64,000 nt of DNA, taken from NCBI RefSeq assembly GCF_036321535.1, contig NC_087437.1:14386001-14450000 (forward strand), given 5' to 3'. Below, in pieces: positions 11,009-25,123 of the stretch. The translations under genes were made by a program, and so were the position numbers. Positions within the stretch are counted from its first letter, which is position 1; the number at the start of each line of letters is the position of its first letter. This DNA is from Camelus dromedarius (taxonomy: Eukaryota). The notes under the pieces are model-generated. The model was not told the origin of the DNA, did not search any database, and saw nothing but the letters and a program-made list of their open reading frames with translations.

Positions 11009-14000
11009 ATGGCAGTAAGTACATATCTATCAATAATTATTTTAAATGTCAATGGATTCAATACTCCAATCAAAAGACATAGAGTGGCTGATTGGATTTA
11101 AAAACCAGACCCATCTATATGCTGTTTACAAGAGATTCATTTCAGAACAAAGATATACACAGACTAAAAGTGAGTGGATTGAAGAAGATATTTTATGCAA
11201 AGAGGTGCAACTGGAAAGTGGAGGTAGCCATACTCATATCAGACAAAATAGACTTTAAAAGAAAGGCTATACCAAATGAGAAAGAAGGACATTGTATAAT
11301 GATAGTGATTAATAATACAAGAAGAGGATTTTACACTCATTAACATATATGCACCCAATAAGGAACACGTGCGTGTGTGTGTGTAGCAAATATTAACAGA
11401 CATAGAGACTTTGGCTATAACATGATAATAATAGGGGACTTTAACACTCCATTGAAAATCATCAAGTCGGAAAATCAACAAGGCAACAGAGGTCCTAAGT
11501 GATACAATGGACTAGTTGAACTTAATATCTACCAAACCTACCATCCAAAAAAAGCAGATTACATATTCATGCACATGGAATGTTGTGCAGGATAGGTCAT
11601 GTGCTAGGCCACAATAAAAGTCTCAACAAATTTTAGAGCATAGGAATTATATCAAGCATTTTTTCCAATCACAATGGTATGAAACTAGAACTCAGAGAAA
11701 AATGAGAAAAGCACAAACATGAGGAGAATAAACAACATGTTACTAAAAAGCCAATGGGTCAATGAAGATAGCAAAGAGGAAATAAGAAAAAGTTCCTCAA
11801 GACAAATTAAAATGGAAACATAACACTCTAAAATCTATGGGATGAAGCAAAAATCAGGTTTGAGGGAACTTTATAGCAATGAAGGCTTGTCTCAAGAAAT
11901 AAGAATGATCTCAAACAACCTAACCTACCATCTAAAGAAATTAGAAAATGAAGAATAAACAAAACCCAAAGTTAGCATAATGAGGACGTAATAAAGACCT
12001 GAGAGGAATAAATAAAATAGAGACTTAAAAAAAAAAAGGAAGGATCAATGAAACCAAGGTTTGGTTTTATGAAAAGATAAACAAAATTGATAAACCTTTA
12101 GCCATCAAGAAGAAATAAGAGAGGATCAAAATAAAATAAGTAATGAAAGAGAGACCACAGAGATACAAAAAAATTGTAAGAGAATACTATGAACAGTTAT
12201 ATGCCAACAGATTGGACAAACTAGAAGAAATGAACAAATTTCTAGAAACATACAACCTACCAAGACTGAATCAGGAAGAAATAGACAATATTACTAGTTT
12301 TGAAATTGAATCAGTAATAAAAAAATTACCAGTAAACAAAAAACCAGGACTGGATGGCATCACAGTGGAATTTTACCAAACATAGAAAGAAGAGCTAATA
12401 CTATCCTCTCAAAATTCCAAAAAATTGAAGAAGATAGAACAACCACAGATTCTTTTTATGAGGCCACCATTACCTTGCTACCAAAACCAGAAAAAGACAC
12501 CAGAAAAAAGGAAATTTACAGACCAATATCTCTGATGAATATAGATGTGAAAATTCTCAATAAAATATTAGCAAACCAAATCCAGCAATGTATAGGATCT
12601 TACACCATGATCACTTGGGATTTATTCCAGGGATGCAAGGATGGTTCAATATCTGCAAATCAATATGATACACCACTTTAACAGGGGAAGGATAAAAATC
12701 ACATGATCATCTCAATAGATGCAGACAAAGCATTTGACAAAATTGAACATCCATTCATGATTAAAAACCCTCATCAAAGTTGGTATAGAGGGAACATCTC
12801 TCAACATAGTAAAGGCCATTTATGACAGACCTGCAGCTAGCATACTCAGTGGTGAAAAGCTGAAAGCCTTTCCTCTAAAATCAGGGACAAGACAAAGATG
12901 CTCACCCTTGCCACTTCTATTCAACCCTGTGTTGGAAGTCCTTGTCATAGCACTCAGACAAGAAAAAGAAATGAAAATCATAAAATTGGAAGGGAAGAAG
13001 TAAAACTGTTACTATTCGCAGATGACATAGAGAACCCTGAAATCTCCACACAAAAACTACTAGAACAAGTAAATGAATTCAACAAGGTAGCAGATACAAG
13101 ATTAATACACAGAAATCTGTTGCATTTCTTTTACACTAAAAATCAAATATCAGAAAGAGAAAATAATTTTTCAAATCTAGTTTGAAATCATTGAAAAGAA
13201 TAAAATACATATGAATAAACTTAAGAGGTGAGAGACCTATACTCTGAAAACTATAAAACATTGAAGAAATTTTAAAATGATTCAGCAAAATGGAAAGATA
13301 TACTGTGTTCTTGGACTGGAAGAACTAACAGTGTTAAAATGTTCAGACTATCAAAAGCAATCTGCAAATTTAAAGCAATACCTATCAAAACAACCATGGC
13401 ATTTTCCACAGAACTAGAACAAATAATCCTAAAATATATATGGAATCACAGAAGACCCAGAATTGCTAAAGCAGTCTTTGAGGAAAAAAGAGCAAAGCTG
13501 GAGGTATCACATTCCCTGACCTCAGTCTATACTGCAAAGCTGCAGTAATCAAAACAGTATGGTTCTGGCACAAACACAGACACACAGATCAATGGAACAG
13601 AATAGAGAACCTAGAAATAAACCGATGCACTTATGGTCAATTAATCAATGACAAAGGAGGCAAGAATATAGAATGGAGAAAAAACAGTCTTTTCAATAAA
13701 TGGTGCTGGGAAAACTAGACTGCTACATGGAAAAAGAATGAGATAGAACATTTCCTCACACTATGTACAAAAATAAAGTCAAAATGGATTAAAGTCCTGA
13801 ATGTAAGTTCTGAAACCATAAAACTCCTAGAAGAGAACATAAGTAGAGCACTCAGACATAAATCATAGCAGTATTTTATTTTTTTTGGATCTGTCTCCTA
13901 AGGCAAAAGAAATGAAAGCAGAAATAAACACAGTTAAATGTTAAAGCTTTTACAGAGCAAAGGAAACCAGCAACAAAACAAAAAGACAACTGCTGAATAG

Positions 14001-14690
14001 GAGAAAATATTTGCAAATGATATGAGCAATAAGGGATTAATACCAAAATATGTAAACAGCTCATAAAACTCAATATAAAATTTTTTTAAATAGGCAGATC
14101 ATCCAAAGAAGACATACAGATAGCTATAAAGCACATGAAAAGATGCTCAACATCTCTACACATTAGAGAAGTGCAAATCAAAACTACAGTGAGGTACTAC
14201 TTCATCATACTTGTCAGATGGCTATCATCAGGAAGTCTGCAAATAACAAATGTTGGTGAGGATGTCGAGAAAAGGGAACCCTCCTACACTGTTGGTGGGA
14301 ATGTAATTTTGTGCAGCCACTACGGAAAACAGTATAAAGGTTCCTCAAAAAACTAAAAATGGAATTAATATATAATCTAGCAATTCCACTCCTGGGTATG
14401 TATCCAAAGAAAATGAAAACAGTAATTTGAAAAGATACAGACACCCCAGTGCTCATAGCAGTATTATTTACAGTAGCCAAGATAAGGATGCAACATAAGT
14501 TTTCATCAACAGACAAATGGATACAGATGTGGTGTACGTGTTTATGTGTGTGTATATATATATATTTATACAATGAAATATTATTCAGCCATATAGAAGG
14601 TGGAATTCACCATTTGCAACAATGTGGATGGACCTAGAGATTATTCAGCTTAATGAAATAAGTCAGACATAAAAAGATAAATACTTTGTT
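11009..14690 (+). pseudogene. L1 ORF2 (endonuclease/reverse transcriptase), multiply frameshifted
   Basis: ATG at 11009 reads MAVSTYLSIIILNVNGFNTPIKRHRVADWI* (APE-type endonuclease N-terminus). Track fragments include 'VAILISDKIDFK', '[13 protein letters not shown]', '[20 protein letters not shown]' and 'LLFADD'. Confidence 0.93.
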
Positions 14691-16064
14691 ATCACTTATA
14701 TGTGGAATCTAAAGAATGAAGCAAAAGATTGAATATAACAAAACAGAAATCAATTCACAGATATAGAGAATAGTTGTGGTTACCAGTGGGCAGAAGGAAG
14801 TGAGGAGGCAAGACATGGGTATAGGATTAAGAGACCAAAACTGCTATGTATAAAATAGATAATCAACAAGGGTATGTTTATTGCACAGGGAAATATAGCC
14901 ATTATTTTGTAATAACTTTAGAGTGTAATCTATAAAATATTTAATCACTATATTGCACACCTGAAACTAATACTATAAATCAACTGTATGTCAAGTAAAA
15001 AAATTAAATGCATGAATAAATTTTATTTCTATTGAAAAAAGAGAGCTTCTGTGATGTATTTAAGTGGTAGCTCCTCAATCTTATTTCTAACAACTTGTTT
15101 TATCCATAACTGGTCCAGTTTTTAAAATGAGAGGAATGGTATTCATGTGATTAGGAGTATTTATATGTAGCATTCTAGGAATAAAAATAATTTTTAAAAT
15201 GAAAATTGCAATACCAGCTTGTGCCTATTTCTACTTAGTTCAGCCGCTTTCAAGGCTTCAAGTGGGCAGAATTACACATCTGAATTTTTCAATATAATTG
15301 TAGGGTTATTAATGCCTGGCAATTTCAGTTTTGTAAACAAGAAAATACACTCTTCTGGAGGTTTTTCTGTAATGAGTAAATATATTCTCTAAGTTAAGTG
15401 TAAGGATTCAAAACAACCATAATAGCTATGAAAAGCTACTCATATTTGCTTCATTAGGGTGGTTTCTGTGAGTTTTTACTGTGATCATAATTTTATACAT
15501 ATGCTTATACACTAATAACATTACTACGTTTGGCAGCCCAAGCATGACATTCCTTACTGGGTTTTCATTGATTTATTTAAGTTCATCTTTTCCGTAAAGA
15601 TTTTCCTGGAACTTGAAATTTAGTTGGCATCATGTTGGGATAACCACCAACTTTATTCCTGTTTCCATGTGGAATGAACCCTTTTAGTGTTTTGTGTGCC
15701 TGGTTACAGGATGACCCCTTCAATCTATTATGTATTACCATATGTTTCATTTATTTCATACCACATCTTGCTCCATTAGGGATTTAGAATATTTTAAAAA
15801 GTTGCATAAAATATAACAAGTTAAATTTTAAGAGTGAATGTCCCAAAGAAGAAAGGAAAAAAAGTAGGTTAATATAAAAATAGAACGTTCAATGAAGCAA
15901 GGAAAATTGCAGATTATAGGGACTGATATTCTTGCTTCTGAGAGGATGCACACATGGCCTTGGGCTTTATAGCAGCCATTTTGCAGGGATCTCTACTTTG
16001 TTGCACAGCATCCTTAGTATTAGAACGAACTGTTTACCTTTCTCCTTCTGTAGTTTGGTCAGTA

Positions 16065-16760
16065 ATTCTTTAAAAATAATCAGTTTATCACACATAGAAG
16101 AATAGTTAAAATATATACATCAGGTATGAAGAATAAGACATGTACCTTCTGTGTATCTTCTGTATAGCTTAAAAAATAGAATATTAACACTTCCTTTGAA
16201 GCCCTCAATATGCTCTTTTCCAACTATATTCCCCTCCTTTCCCTTTACTAGATGTATTCAGTGTCCTAAACTTTGTAGTTATTCCTTATGGTTTTAAAAT
16301 TTTTACATTATTTGCATACAAAGTTAAAAAAAAGAAACAATCATGTGCATGTTTTTCTGTGATCTTGCTTCTTGTGCTCAGCGTTTGAGTTTCCTCCGAA
16401 TTGAAGTTTATACCATATTTCCTTCATTTTTCCTAAAGAGTGAATGTGTACTCTTTATTCCAGTATGAACAATAGTGCTATCAACATTTCTATTTGTGTC
16501 TCTGGGTTCATGTCACCCTTGTGTAGGTCTTAACATAGGTACACACGTGTGAGACTTTCTCTAGGCTCTGTAACTGTCAAATTGTCGTGTCATAGGGACC
16601 GTGTATGTTCAGCTTTGTTAGATCATGCCAAATTGTTTTCCAAAGTGGTTACACCATTTCACACTCCAGCTAGTGTAATGGGAGCTCTTGGGCTCCGTAG
16701 CCTGATAATACTTGATACTGTCTGACTTTTTAATATTTGCCAATCTGGTGGGTGATTGAT
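16065..16760 (-). mobile_element. Ancient L1ME/L1MD-like fragment
   Basis: 'ccaaattgttttccaaagtggttacaccatttcacactcc' and 'ttttaatatttgccaatctgg' are typical antisense old-L1 motifs. Confidence 0.7.
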
Positions 16761-17129
16761 GCATACTTTATAAAAGCATTGCCAGTCCAGAAGCCTGGCA
16801 CCAGAGGTGAATTTCCTGCTCATTGGAGACCCTTCTGACAACCTCTTTTTAGTTTCTGAAGTTTTCCTTTACGATATCCACCAGTACTTCAGTGTCTCAC
16901 CCACCTCAGCTCTCTGAATTACTAATGCTCGCATGCAACCACCTGCTTAAATTAAGAATTTATAACACATTTTCAAATGTATTCAGTTGTGATTTTCTCA
17001 GTTAACACATCAAATCAGTAATTACTTGGAAATGCACCTAGTCTTTGCCAAGATATGTACCCTGCTCTTACAGACCTTATATGTCTTGTTAGGGTGAGGG
17101 CTATGGGGCTGTAAAAAATTAAAAAGTAC

Positions 17130-18200
17130 TGTGCAGGAGGTGTAAGATGCTGAGATGGAGAGTAATACGGGAAATGTACTTCGGGTGGTGTGGTCTGGGA
17201 CGGCCTCTCACACAAGTGCTGAGATGTGGTGAATAAGAAGAGGTTAGCCAGGAGATGTGAGTCCAGTTGACTCTTGAACAGCACAAGGGTTAGTCTGTGT
17301 TTAACTTACAGTCAGCCTTCTGTATCCATGGTTTCTCTGCATCTGTGGATTCAACAAACCAGAACCCTGTAGCACTGTAGTGTTGAAGAGTATCTGCATC
17401 TAAGTGGACCCCTGCAGTTCAGAGGGTCAACTGCACTATATGTGGGGTGGGCTGGAGGGAGAGGAGGGGATAATATTTCAGATAAAGAGGGAACAGCATG
17501 TACGAGGAACTTGAAGCAGGATAAAACTGGCAAGTTTATGAATTGGAAGAAGGCATATATGGTTGGAAGGCAGATGCTGGTTTGGAGTATTGTGGTAAGA
17601 GAAGAGGTTGGAGACTAAGAGCAAGCCAGGCCATGTAGAACCCTCTAGCCAGCGTAAGGAATGTAGATTTAAGTGCAGTGTAGAGCTGGTGAAGGGTTTA
17701 AAATGGAAAAGGTGGAGGGAGGTTGACATGATCTAGTTGAGGTCTTAAGATGACTCTTGCTGATATCTGAAGAATGAATTGAAGGGCAGGAATCATGTCC
17801 AGAGAGTCACAAAATTATAAATCTATGAGGTACCTGTTATCTGTGAGGATACAGGTGGTGTCCTTACCCTCCAGAAGTCATTCACAATTATTTGGGATGG
17901 GGAAGCCCATAAGAAAATTGATAATACTAACTGCCAAGTTTGCTGCACCTAGAAGATATGCCTTAGAGGTTTAGAAAAGGGAGAGATCACTGTGTAAGGG
18001 GGCAACCAGGAAAGGCTTCTTAGGGCCAGCTGTCAGGTCCAATACGGACCTGGAAGCATGAGTAGGAGTGAAGTTGCAGGGAATTGGGAAGGCATTCCAA
18101 GCAGGACAGAATGGTGTAGACCTCTGGATAGAACAGAGGAGGGGTGGAAAGTGAGTTTAGAGAGAGGGAAAGTTGTTCTGGATTGTGAGAGGCCTTGAAT
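17130..18200 (-). mobile_element. L2 fragments, interrupted by a Tigger MITE
   Basis: Purine-rich L2-like motifs ('gagggaacagcatgtacgagg', 'gacatgatctagttgagg', 'gggaaggcattccaagcagg'). Confidence 0.65.
17264..17433. mobile_element. Tc1/mariner Tigger2-type MITE (Tigger2a_Art-like)
   Basis: Terminal inverted repeats cagttgactcttgaac / gttcagagggtcaactg. Internal 'tgtatccatggtt...gcatctgtggattcaacaaacc' and 'taagtggacccctgcagttc'. Confidence 0.85.
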
Positions 18201-20039
18201 GACCTCTCTTCCCTAAAGACGGCACGACAAATGGAACTGATATGCGCTTTGTGGCTTCGTGAGGACATGGCTCACGGCTCTAGTTCAGAAGTCTTCACAA
18301 GGAATACAATCTCCTTATGAATAGCACCATTGCTTTTTTGATTGTAGATTGACTTTGTTGGTCCTGGATTACTTTCTTATGGAAATTTACCAAGTCACAT
18401 GATTGATTTTTGTTTGTGGCTGAGTCTTTACCTAGAAGAACCTGTTTAAAAAAAAAAAAGCCTAGGAAGTGATTAGACAAATACAAATCTAGCTACTAAA
18501 ACAAGGCACTTAGCTGTCTCCCTCATGACGTTCCTTCGTTTCTGCAGTAGTGTGAAGAAATGGTTGAGGCAACGTGCACCTGCAGGATTTATTTATTTAG
18601 ACGACTAGGATCAAGTCAAGTCTGTTGTGCTGAAGAAACATAAGGTCCAGTTCAGTACAAATCCTTTTATTTACCACCCAAGCCCTTCCCCTCCATATCT
18701 CACCATTTCTCTAACCCCCAAACTCCTCCCTACACCTGCCTTTAAGGTGGGGATAGGAAGACCACACGGGAGTCCATCTTGGATTCTGCCTGCCTTCATT
18801 TATGCCTGTAGCCCGGAGTGGTGCATGGTCTGTCTAGTCTTTGGTCAAAGTCCAGCTGTATAACCGACTCATTTCACTCTTGTGCTCCCAACAGTGTGTA
18901 CATTCTTCAGTCTCCTTATCTGCTTTTCTTCACTCACAAAACCTGGTAGATTTCCCTCCTCCAGGATAATAAATTTCTCTTTGATTGGTCCTCCCCAGCA
19001 CCTTCCACCTTTAACATGTCGTCTAAATTAATTTTCCTGTAAAAGCCAACTGCTGCATTTCTGCCCATTCTTCTCTTTTGGCTCAGTACCCCTCATCAAA
19101 CCTCGCTAAGTGCTCCTCTCGGTGGCGGGATGGGGGGCAGCACTGAGTGGCACCACCTGTATAATAACTGTTGTAGGTCCTTGCCTACCTTCTCACACCT
19201 CTTTTCGGGGGAGCCATTTTGGTAGCCCATCAGTCACAGGTTCAGAGGGGCTCTCTTAAGTGCCTGGTGTGTGGGGCATTGTGCCGAGTTCAGGGAGGCC
19301 GGCAGTACTGGGAGAAGAGGGCTTAAGCAAGTGAGGAGTGAGTGGATAGCACAAGACTGGCTTCACCTGCGTTGAGCAGCCCAGCCTGGGCGCCTGCAGG
19401 GCTGTGGTGCACCTGCTACCAGTGTCCTCCTCTCCCCAGAGCCTGTGGACAGTGAGCTATGAAAGCTGAGGAAATTAAAGTGGATTTTCGTCTGGAAAAG
19501 GCCTAGGACTCTGATGCAACTTATAGGGAAATGCTATAAATACAGATGTAAAGGAAAAGCATAATAACTCTGAAGAATGTTTATTAAGAAGAGAGCACGA
19601 TTTAAATCTCATTATAACATTTCATTATACAGACTCATTCTCTGTAACAAAGCAGTGCCCATGTCCTGGCAGACAACCTGCAGAAAAAGCTTTTTGTTGA
19701 TCTGACTACAATAAACTCTTTGCGATAAATGCTTTCACTGATTCTTGTTCACTTAACAGCCATTTGCCATGAGAAATGAATTGTGTTGTGAACTAGAGAT
19801 GGGTACGTGGGAGCTAGGCTACTGCAGCAACTCTGAATGTTCTGTTGCACCCCCTCCTTTTTTAAATCCAACATCTGTGGACCTCAGGGGACTCACATGG
19901 AGGAGATGGGGACACTGAACAGCCAACTAATGCAGATGTGACTTCCTTGAAAGTGGGAGCTCAGGCGTTTGTCCTCTCCCTGTGTTCCCAGTACCCTGTA
20001 CTCTCCCCGATGTGCAAAAAGTGCTCAGTGGGAATTCAC

Positions 20040-21630
20040 TTTTTTTGTTTGTTTGTTTGGAAATAATTTCAAACTTAGAACAGTTTAAATACATTAGAGA
20101 TCACCCACATACTCATTACCCAGATTCAGATTCACTTATTTGTTAATATTTTGTCCCATTTGCATGCTCATGTACACACATTTTCTCTCCACCTCTCTTT
20201 TTATGTAGGTGGCTGTATATATACATATTATTTTCTGTGAAATCATTTGAGAGTAAGTTGCATATCCCATGATTCCTTACCTCTAAACACTTTGGTGTGT
20301 ATTTCCTATGACTAAGGATATTCCCTTAGATGACCATAGTACTGTTAGCAGCCTTGGTAAATTTAACATTGATATAATACTTTTGTCTAATATACTTTCC
20401 ACATTCCATTGACCCAGTAATGTCTTCTACAGCACATTTTCCCCTCTAATCTAGGATCACTTATTACCTATTTTATTCTACTCTGCAAAAGTCCCACAGC
20501 CTTTCTGTGTTTTTTATGACATTACATTAAAAAAAAAAACAGCTGTATTGGTAAAGAATTTACATGTGATAAAAATCACCAGTTTAATAAAGCATACAAT
20601 TCAGTTTTTTTAGTAAATTTACAGAATTGTGCAAACGTCACTACAATCCAGTTTTAGAACATTTCAGTTACCACAAAAAGATCCCTTGATTTCCATTTAC
20701 AGTCAATTCCTGCTCCCAACCCCAGCCCCAGGAAACCACTTATCTGCTTTCTGTCATTATAGATTTTCCTCTCCTGGACATTTCATGTAAGTGAAATCAC
20801 AGTATGGAGTCTTTGCATCTGACTTTTTTCATTCATTGAGGCTCATTCTTATAGAATGTATCAGTGTTTGGGGATTTTTTTTTTTTTTTTTTTTTGCTAA
20901 ATAGGATTCCATTATATGGATATACCACATTTTGTTCATCCACTTATCACCTGATGCACATTTGAGTTGTTTCCACTTTTTGGTTATTATGAACCATGAT
21001 GCTTGTACATTCATGCACAAGCCTTTGAGTGCACATACGTTTTAATTTCTCTTGAATGGATACTTAGGACTGGGATCATACATTAGTGTTTCTTTGTAAG
21101 AAACTCTCAAACTCTTTTCTAAAGTGGCTGTATTATTTCATCTTCCCACAGGCAGTGTATGAAGATTCCAGTTTCCTCTCATCCTCGCTATTACTTGCTA
21201 TTGTCTGTCTTTTAATGGTAGCCATCCTAGTGGGCAAAGAAGATGATTACATTTAGAAGTACTTGATGTCCACCTGTCCAACACTGGTGGTGGTAATTTT
21301 GGTCACCTGGTCCAGATGTACAGTTTCTCTACTGTATAGTTACTATTGTAGGTATCTTTCTTCTCATAAACTGTTTTCTCCTACATTTAACTTTCATTGA
21401 TGATTCTTGCCCAAATCAGTCTTTACTGGGGTGGTTGCAAAATGCTTTTTCTGGACCTACCCACCCCCACTTTTCACGTTGAACAATCTGCTGTTGGTAA
21501 GAACCCGCCCTTCACCCTGTATGTATTTCTCCATCTGTTTATGATTGGTGTGGACTCAAGGTTTATAATTCATTGCTGTCTTCAATATTTTGGTACTCAG
21601 ATTTGGCCAAGTGGACATTATTTGAATTGA
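20040..21630 (-). mobile_element. L1MC-like 3' end with a nested L1MB-like element at ~20527-21235
   Basis: Outer: 'aaataatttcaaacttaga', 'atcatttgagagtaagttgca', 'gtgtgtatttcct'. Inner: 'cagctgtattg...catacaattcagtt...tagccatcctagtggg'. Minus-strand ORF 20829-21020 'KWKQLKC...KMWYIH' is an ORF2 end. Confidence 0.8.
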
Positions 21631-21968
21631 ATGTTTATATAAGCCACGTAAAACTGAGTAGCCTCTTGGTCAGTCATAATACAGTTTAATATCCAGAAAT
21701 GGTCTAACATCCACTAGTCGGAAATAGTCTGATATTTTACTGATACCAGTGAAAAATGGTTTAAGTCATTCCTGAAGTCTCCTAAACAGGAACTGAAGGG
21801 GAATTCCAGCTATGATGCACAGCACCACTTATCAAAGCCTCTTTCCCTGTATGTCTTCATCTGCCTCACATGTCATGCCTAGCCAACTGCTCCCCTTCTC
21901 TTCCCTCTTAAAACTCATGCTTGTCTGTCTTCTCTCTCTCTATCCTTGCCTTGACCTCCTCCTTCCTG

Positions 21969-22272
21969 CATGTCCTCTTTGGAGAAATGTCTCTTCAGGT
22001 CTCTGCCCATTTTTTGTTTGGTGCTTTATTTTTTGACATTGAGTTGTATGAGTTCTTCACATATTTTGCATATTAACTCCTTATTAGATATCATTTGCAA
22101 ATACCATCTTCCATTTAGTAGGTTGCCTTCTCATTTTGTAGATGGTTTCCTTCACTGTGCAAAAGCTGTTTAATTTGATATAGTCCCATTTGTTTATTTT
22201 TGCTTTTGTTTCCCTTGCTTGAGGAGATAGATCCAAAAAAAATATTGCTAAGGCTGATGTCAAAAAGTATAC
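21969..22272 (-). mobile_element. Internal L1 ORF2 fragment without a tail
   Basis: Minus-strand ORF reads 'SPQARETKAKINKWDYIKLNSFCTVKETI'. Confidence 0.88.
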
Positions 22273-22284
22273 CAAGGCCTCCTT

Positions 22285-23030
22285 TAAAAAAATAACAGCT
22301 TTATTGAGATATAATCTACATACCATACAATTCAGTTGTTTAAAATATACAATTCAATGGGTTTTAGTACATGCAGAGTTGTACAGCCATCTCTACCACA
22401 TAGTTTCAGAACATTTTTGTCATCCCTCAGAGAAACTTCATACTCATTATCAGTCACACCCTGCCCTCTGGCAGCTCCCAGCCCCTGCCAACTACTCAGT
22501 TGCTTTCTATCTCTATGAATTTGGCTCTTCCAGACTTTTCATAAAAATGAATTCATTACATACATAATCTTTTGTGCCTGGCTTTGTTTACTTAGCATAA
22601 TGTTTTAAAGAATCATATTGTAGCATCCATCAGTCCTTCATTACTCTTTATGTCCACGTAATATTAGATTGTTTAGATATACCATATTTTGTTTGTCCGT
22701 TGATCAGTGGATGAACATTTGGGTTGTTTTCACTTCTTTGGATATTATGAATAATGTTATGAATATTTGTGTACAAGTTCTTGTGTGGGTATATATTTCA
22801 TTTATCTTCGGTATCTGCCTAAGAGTGGAGTAACTCTGCGTTTCATCATTTGAGAAATTGCCAGGCTGTCTTCCACAGTGGCTGCGCAGTTTGACATTCC
22901 TACCAGCAGTGTAGGAGGATTCCAATTTCTCCACATCCTTGCCAGTACTGTTATTATCTGCCTTGTTTTATTGTAGCCACTCTAGTGGCTGTGGTTTTGA
23001 TTTGCATTTCTTTAGTGACTAATAACGTTG
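22285..23030 (-). mobile_element. L1MB-like 3' fragment
   Basis: 'aacagctttattgagatataat...catacaattc', 'cattcctaccagcagtgtaggaggattccaatttctccacatccttgcc'. Confidence 0.85.
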
Positions 23031-23185
23031 CTTTATGTTGTTGTTGTGCTTGTCACACAAAGACACATCAGTTTAGAATTTTGAGAGCACAGCAGAAGCA
23101 GCGATTACTTTTGACTGGTCTATCAGGAAGGCGGAGTTGGGGTTTCAAGTCCTGTGTACCTGTCTTCCAGAGTCATGGGAGGTTT

Positions 23186-23236
23186 TTTTGTTTTGTTTTG
23201 TTTTGTTTTGTTTTGTTTTGTTTGTTTTGTTGTTTT
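23186..23236. repeat. (TTTTG)n simple repeat
   Basis: Seen directly. Confidence 0.95.
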
Positions 23237-23334
23237 TTAAGTCACAAGTACAGAGAGTTGAGTTGAGCCTTTTTCTTGACTCATTTCGCATCTACAACAT
23301 TGGTTGTAGAAGGATTCCTCTTGACACATATATA

Positions 23335-23960
23335 TCTTGATAAATACATTTTTTTTATTTAGTTCATTTTATCCTCATGTGTCATTATGATCCCCTCCCC
23401 CGTAGGCAATCATTTTAATTTGCTTAATGTATATGTCTTTTTTATATGAGTATATTGTAAAATTCATATTGTTTTTCATATATAACAAAACTTGTTTCAT
23501 GTTTTCCCCCACTAAGCGTTGCATTTTTACTGTCTGCTCATATTGCTATATGTACATCTAACCTGCTCTTTTTCTGTGCTTCTCCATGACACATCTACCA
23601 CACTTTATCCATCCATCCAGCCGATGGTGCTCACCCAGATTCCTTCCAGCTCCTCCTCCTCACAAACAATACTGCCATCAACAGACTCTCTTAACTGTGT
23701 ATGAGCATTTCTCTGGGATATAAATATACATAGTAGTGGAACTGCTAGGTCATACTTAATTTTACTAAGTAGTATTTGATTGCTCCCCAAAACAGCTGTA
23801 TCACATAGTCCCTTCACCAGCACTTCTTGGAGGTGCTGATGGCTTCTAGGAGATTTCCCCAAGTCACCACCAATGCATGGCATTATCCAACTTTATAATT
23901 TTTGCCAGGCTACTGTGTGTAATTTTTGTATTCCTTTGATCCCTGGTGATTTGAACATCT
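23335..23960 (-). mobile_element. Ancient L1ME-like fragment
   Basis: 'gcatttctctgggatataaatatacatagtagtggaactgctaggtcata', 'taatttttgccagg'. Confidence 0.65.
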
Positions 23961-24823
23961 CTTACTATTTTGCTATGATTTCTAGCAAGGTAAAGCACCT
24001 TTACTGGATAATAATCTTAATTCTCAAGGAATCTACCTCATCACAGTCTTCACTTGTCATCCTTTTCTTCATCACTCCTCATATCTACTAGCACATCCTG
24101 TGGTTTTAACTTCTCCTCTGACCATAATACCCTATCCCTTGTACCTTATCCTTTGTGAGATGGTGGGAAACACAGGACATTATTTAGTCCAGTCTGTGTT
24201 TTGTTGCTGTGGGAAACACTGAGCTTTCTCCTGCTTTGCACCAGCAGTGAGTCACAGAGGAAGTAACAGATGGTTTGAAGGGTGAGAACAAAGGCACAAA
24301 GCCATATGGGAATAATGTTCCTTTAGACCAGTGTTCAAGGGGAAGCAAGAAAAGGAGGCTGACGGAGTGAGGAAGCATGAGACAGATTGCTAGGAAATGG
24401 GGTGGTGTCTGGATATCCCAAGGTCCAAAGGAAGGAAGAGCTAATCTGGAAAGGAATATAGCTTTGGATGATGGGGGACATTAGAGAAGGAAAGAGATTC
24501 GTTGAGACTTGGAGAGTGAGGAAAGCAGAAGAAGGATTAAAGGGTTTAGTTTTCTAATACATGTACTTTTAAATACAGTATATGTAATTAAAAACAGGCA
24601 TTTTTTTAATACATATGCTTAACCTTGAGATGTATAAAATGTACTCTATAAAGTTAAGCCAAAAGTCAGTGTCAGCCCCCAAAGGACTTACAGTTGAGTA
24701 GCAGAGCTTTGAATTTCTTTAGAAAATGTGAGTCAGGTAAGATACTAATAGACACCTCTATAATACATACTACAGTTGTGCAGACACTCTAATTCATTGG
24801 TTTGCAACTTGTGTCCCACTCAC

Positions 24824-24835
24824 CCAGCAGGGGGC
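24824..24835 (+). promoter_or_regulatory. CTCF core-like motif
   Basis: CCAGCAGGGGGC matches the CCASYAGRKGGC core. The 3' flank is non-consensus and this is a motif match only. Confidence 0.25.
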
Positions 24836-25123
24836 TTTGATACACTCTAGTCACGGTAACTAATGGTGGTTGGCTGAGTTCTCTAAGTGTAGTGGAGGGA
24901 GGGTTGGAGGAGAAGGTCAAGATGAGGATCATGTCTCTAAAAGAATGGGCAAAGAGGTCAAAGATGATGGCATATGAGAAACCAGTCAAAGAGAGAAACA
25001 GCCCAGAGCAACAGCTCTCCACTTTGCCCTTTAAGAGGCCTCGTTGCCATATTGATGTCTCAACTTAGCTTTTTTGCCCTTTTCACTTTTAAAATACACA
25101 AATTTTTTAAAAATCTACTTTTA

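Larger units (their letters stand above)
8804..15041 (+). mobile_element. Near-full-length, inactive LINE-1 (~6.2 kb) with 15-bp TSD
   Basis: Perfect TSD agagcttctgtgatg at 8789-8803 and 15042-15056, with a TT/AAGA endonuclease-like site. GC-richer 5'UTR to ~9990, ORF1 remnants, long inter-ORF spacer, broken ORF2 and an A-rich tail. Confidence 0.95.

Noticed and set aside
8804..15041. Active, autonomous L1
   Set aside because: ORF1 is mostly missing, ORF2 has many stops and frameshifts, and the 5'UTR CpGs have decayed
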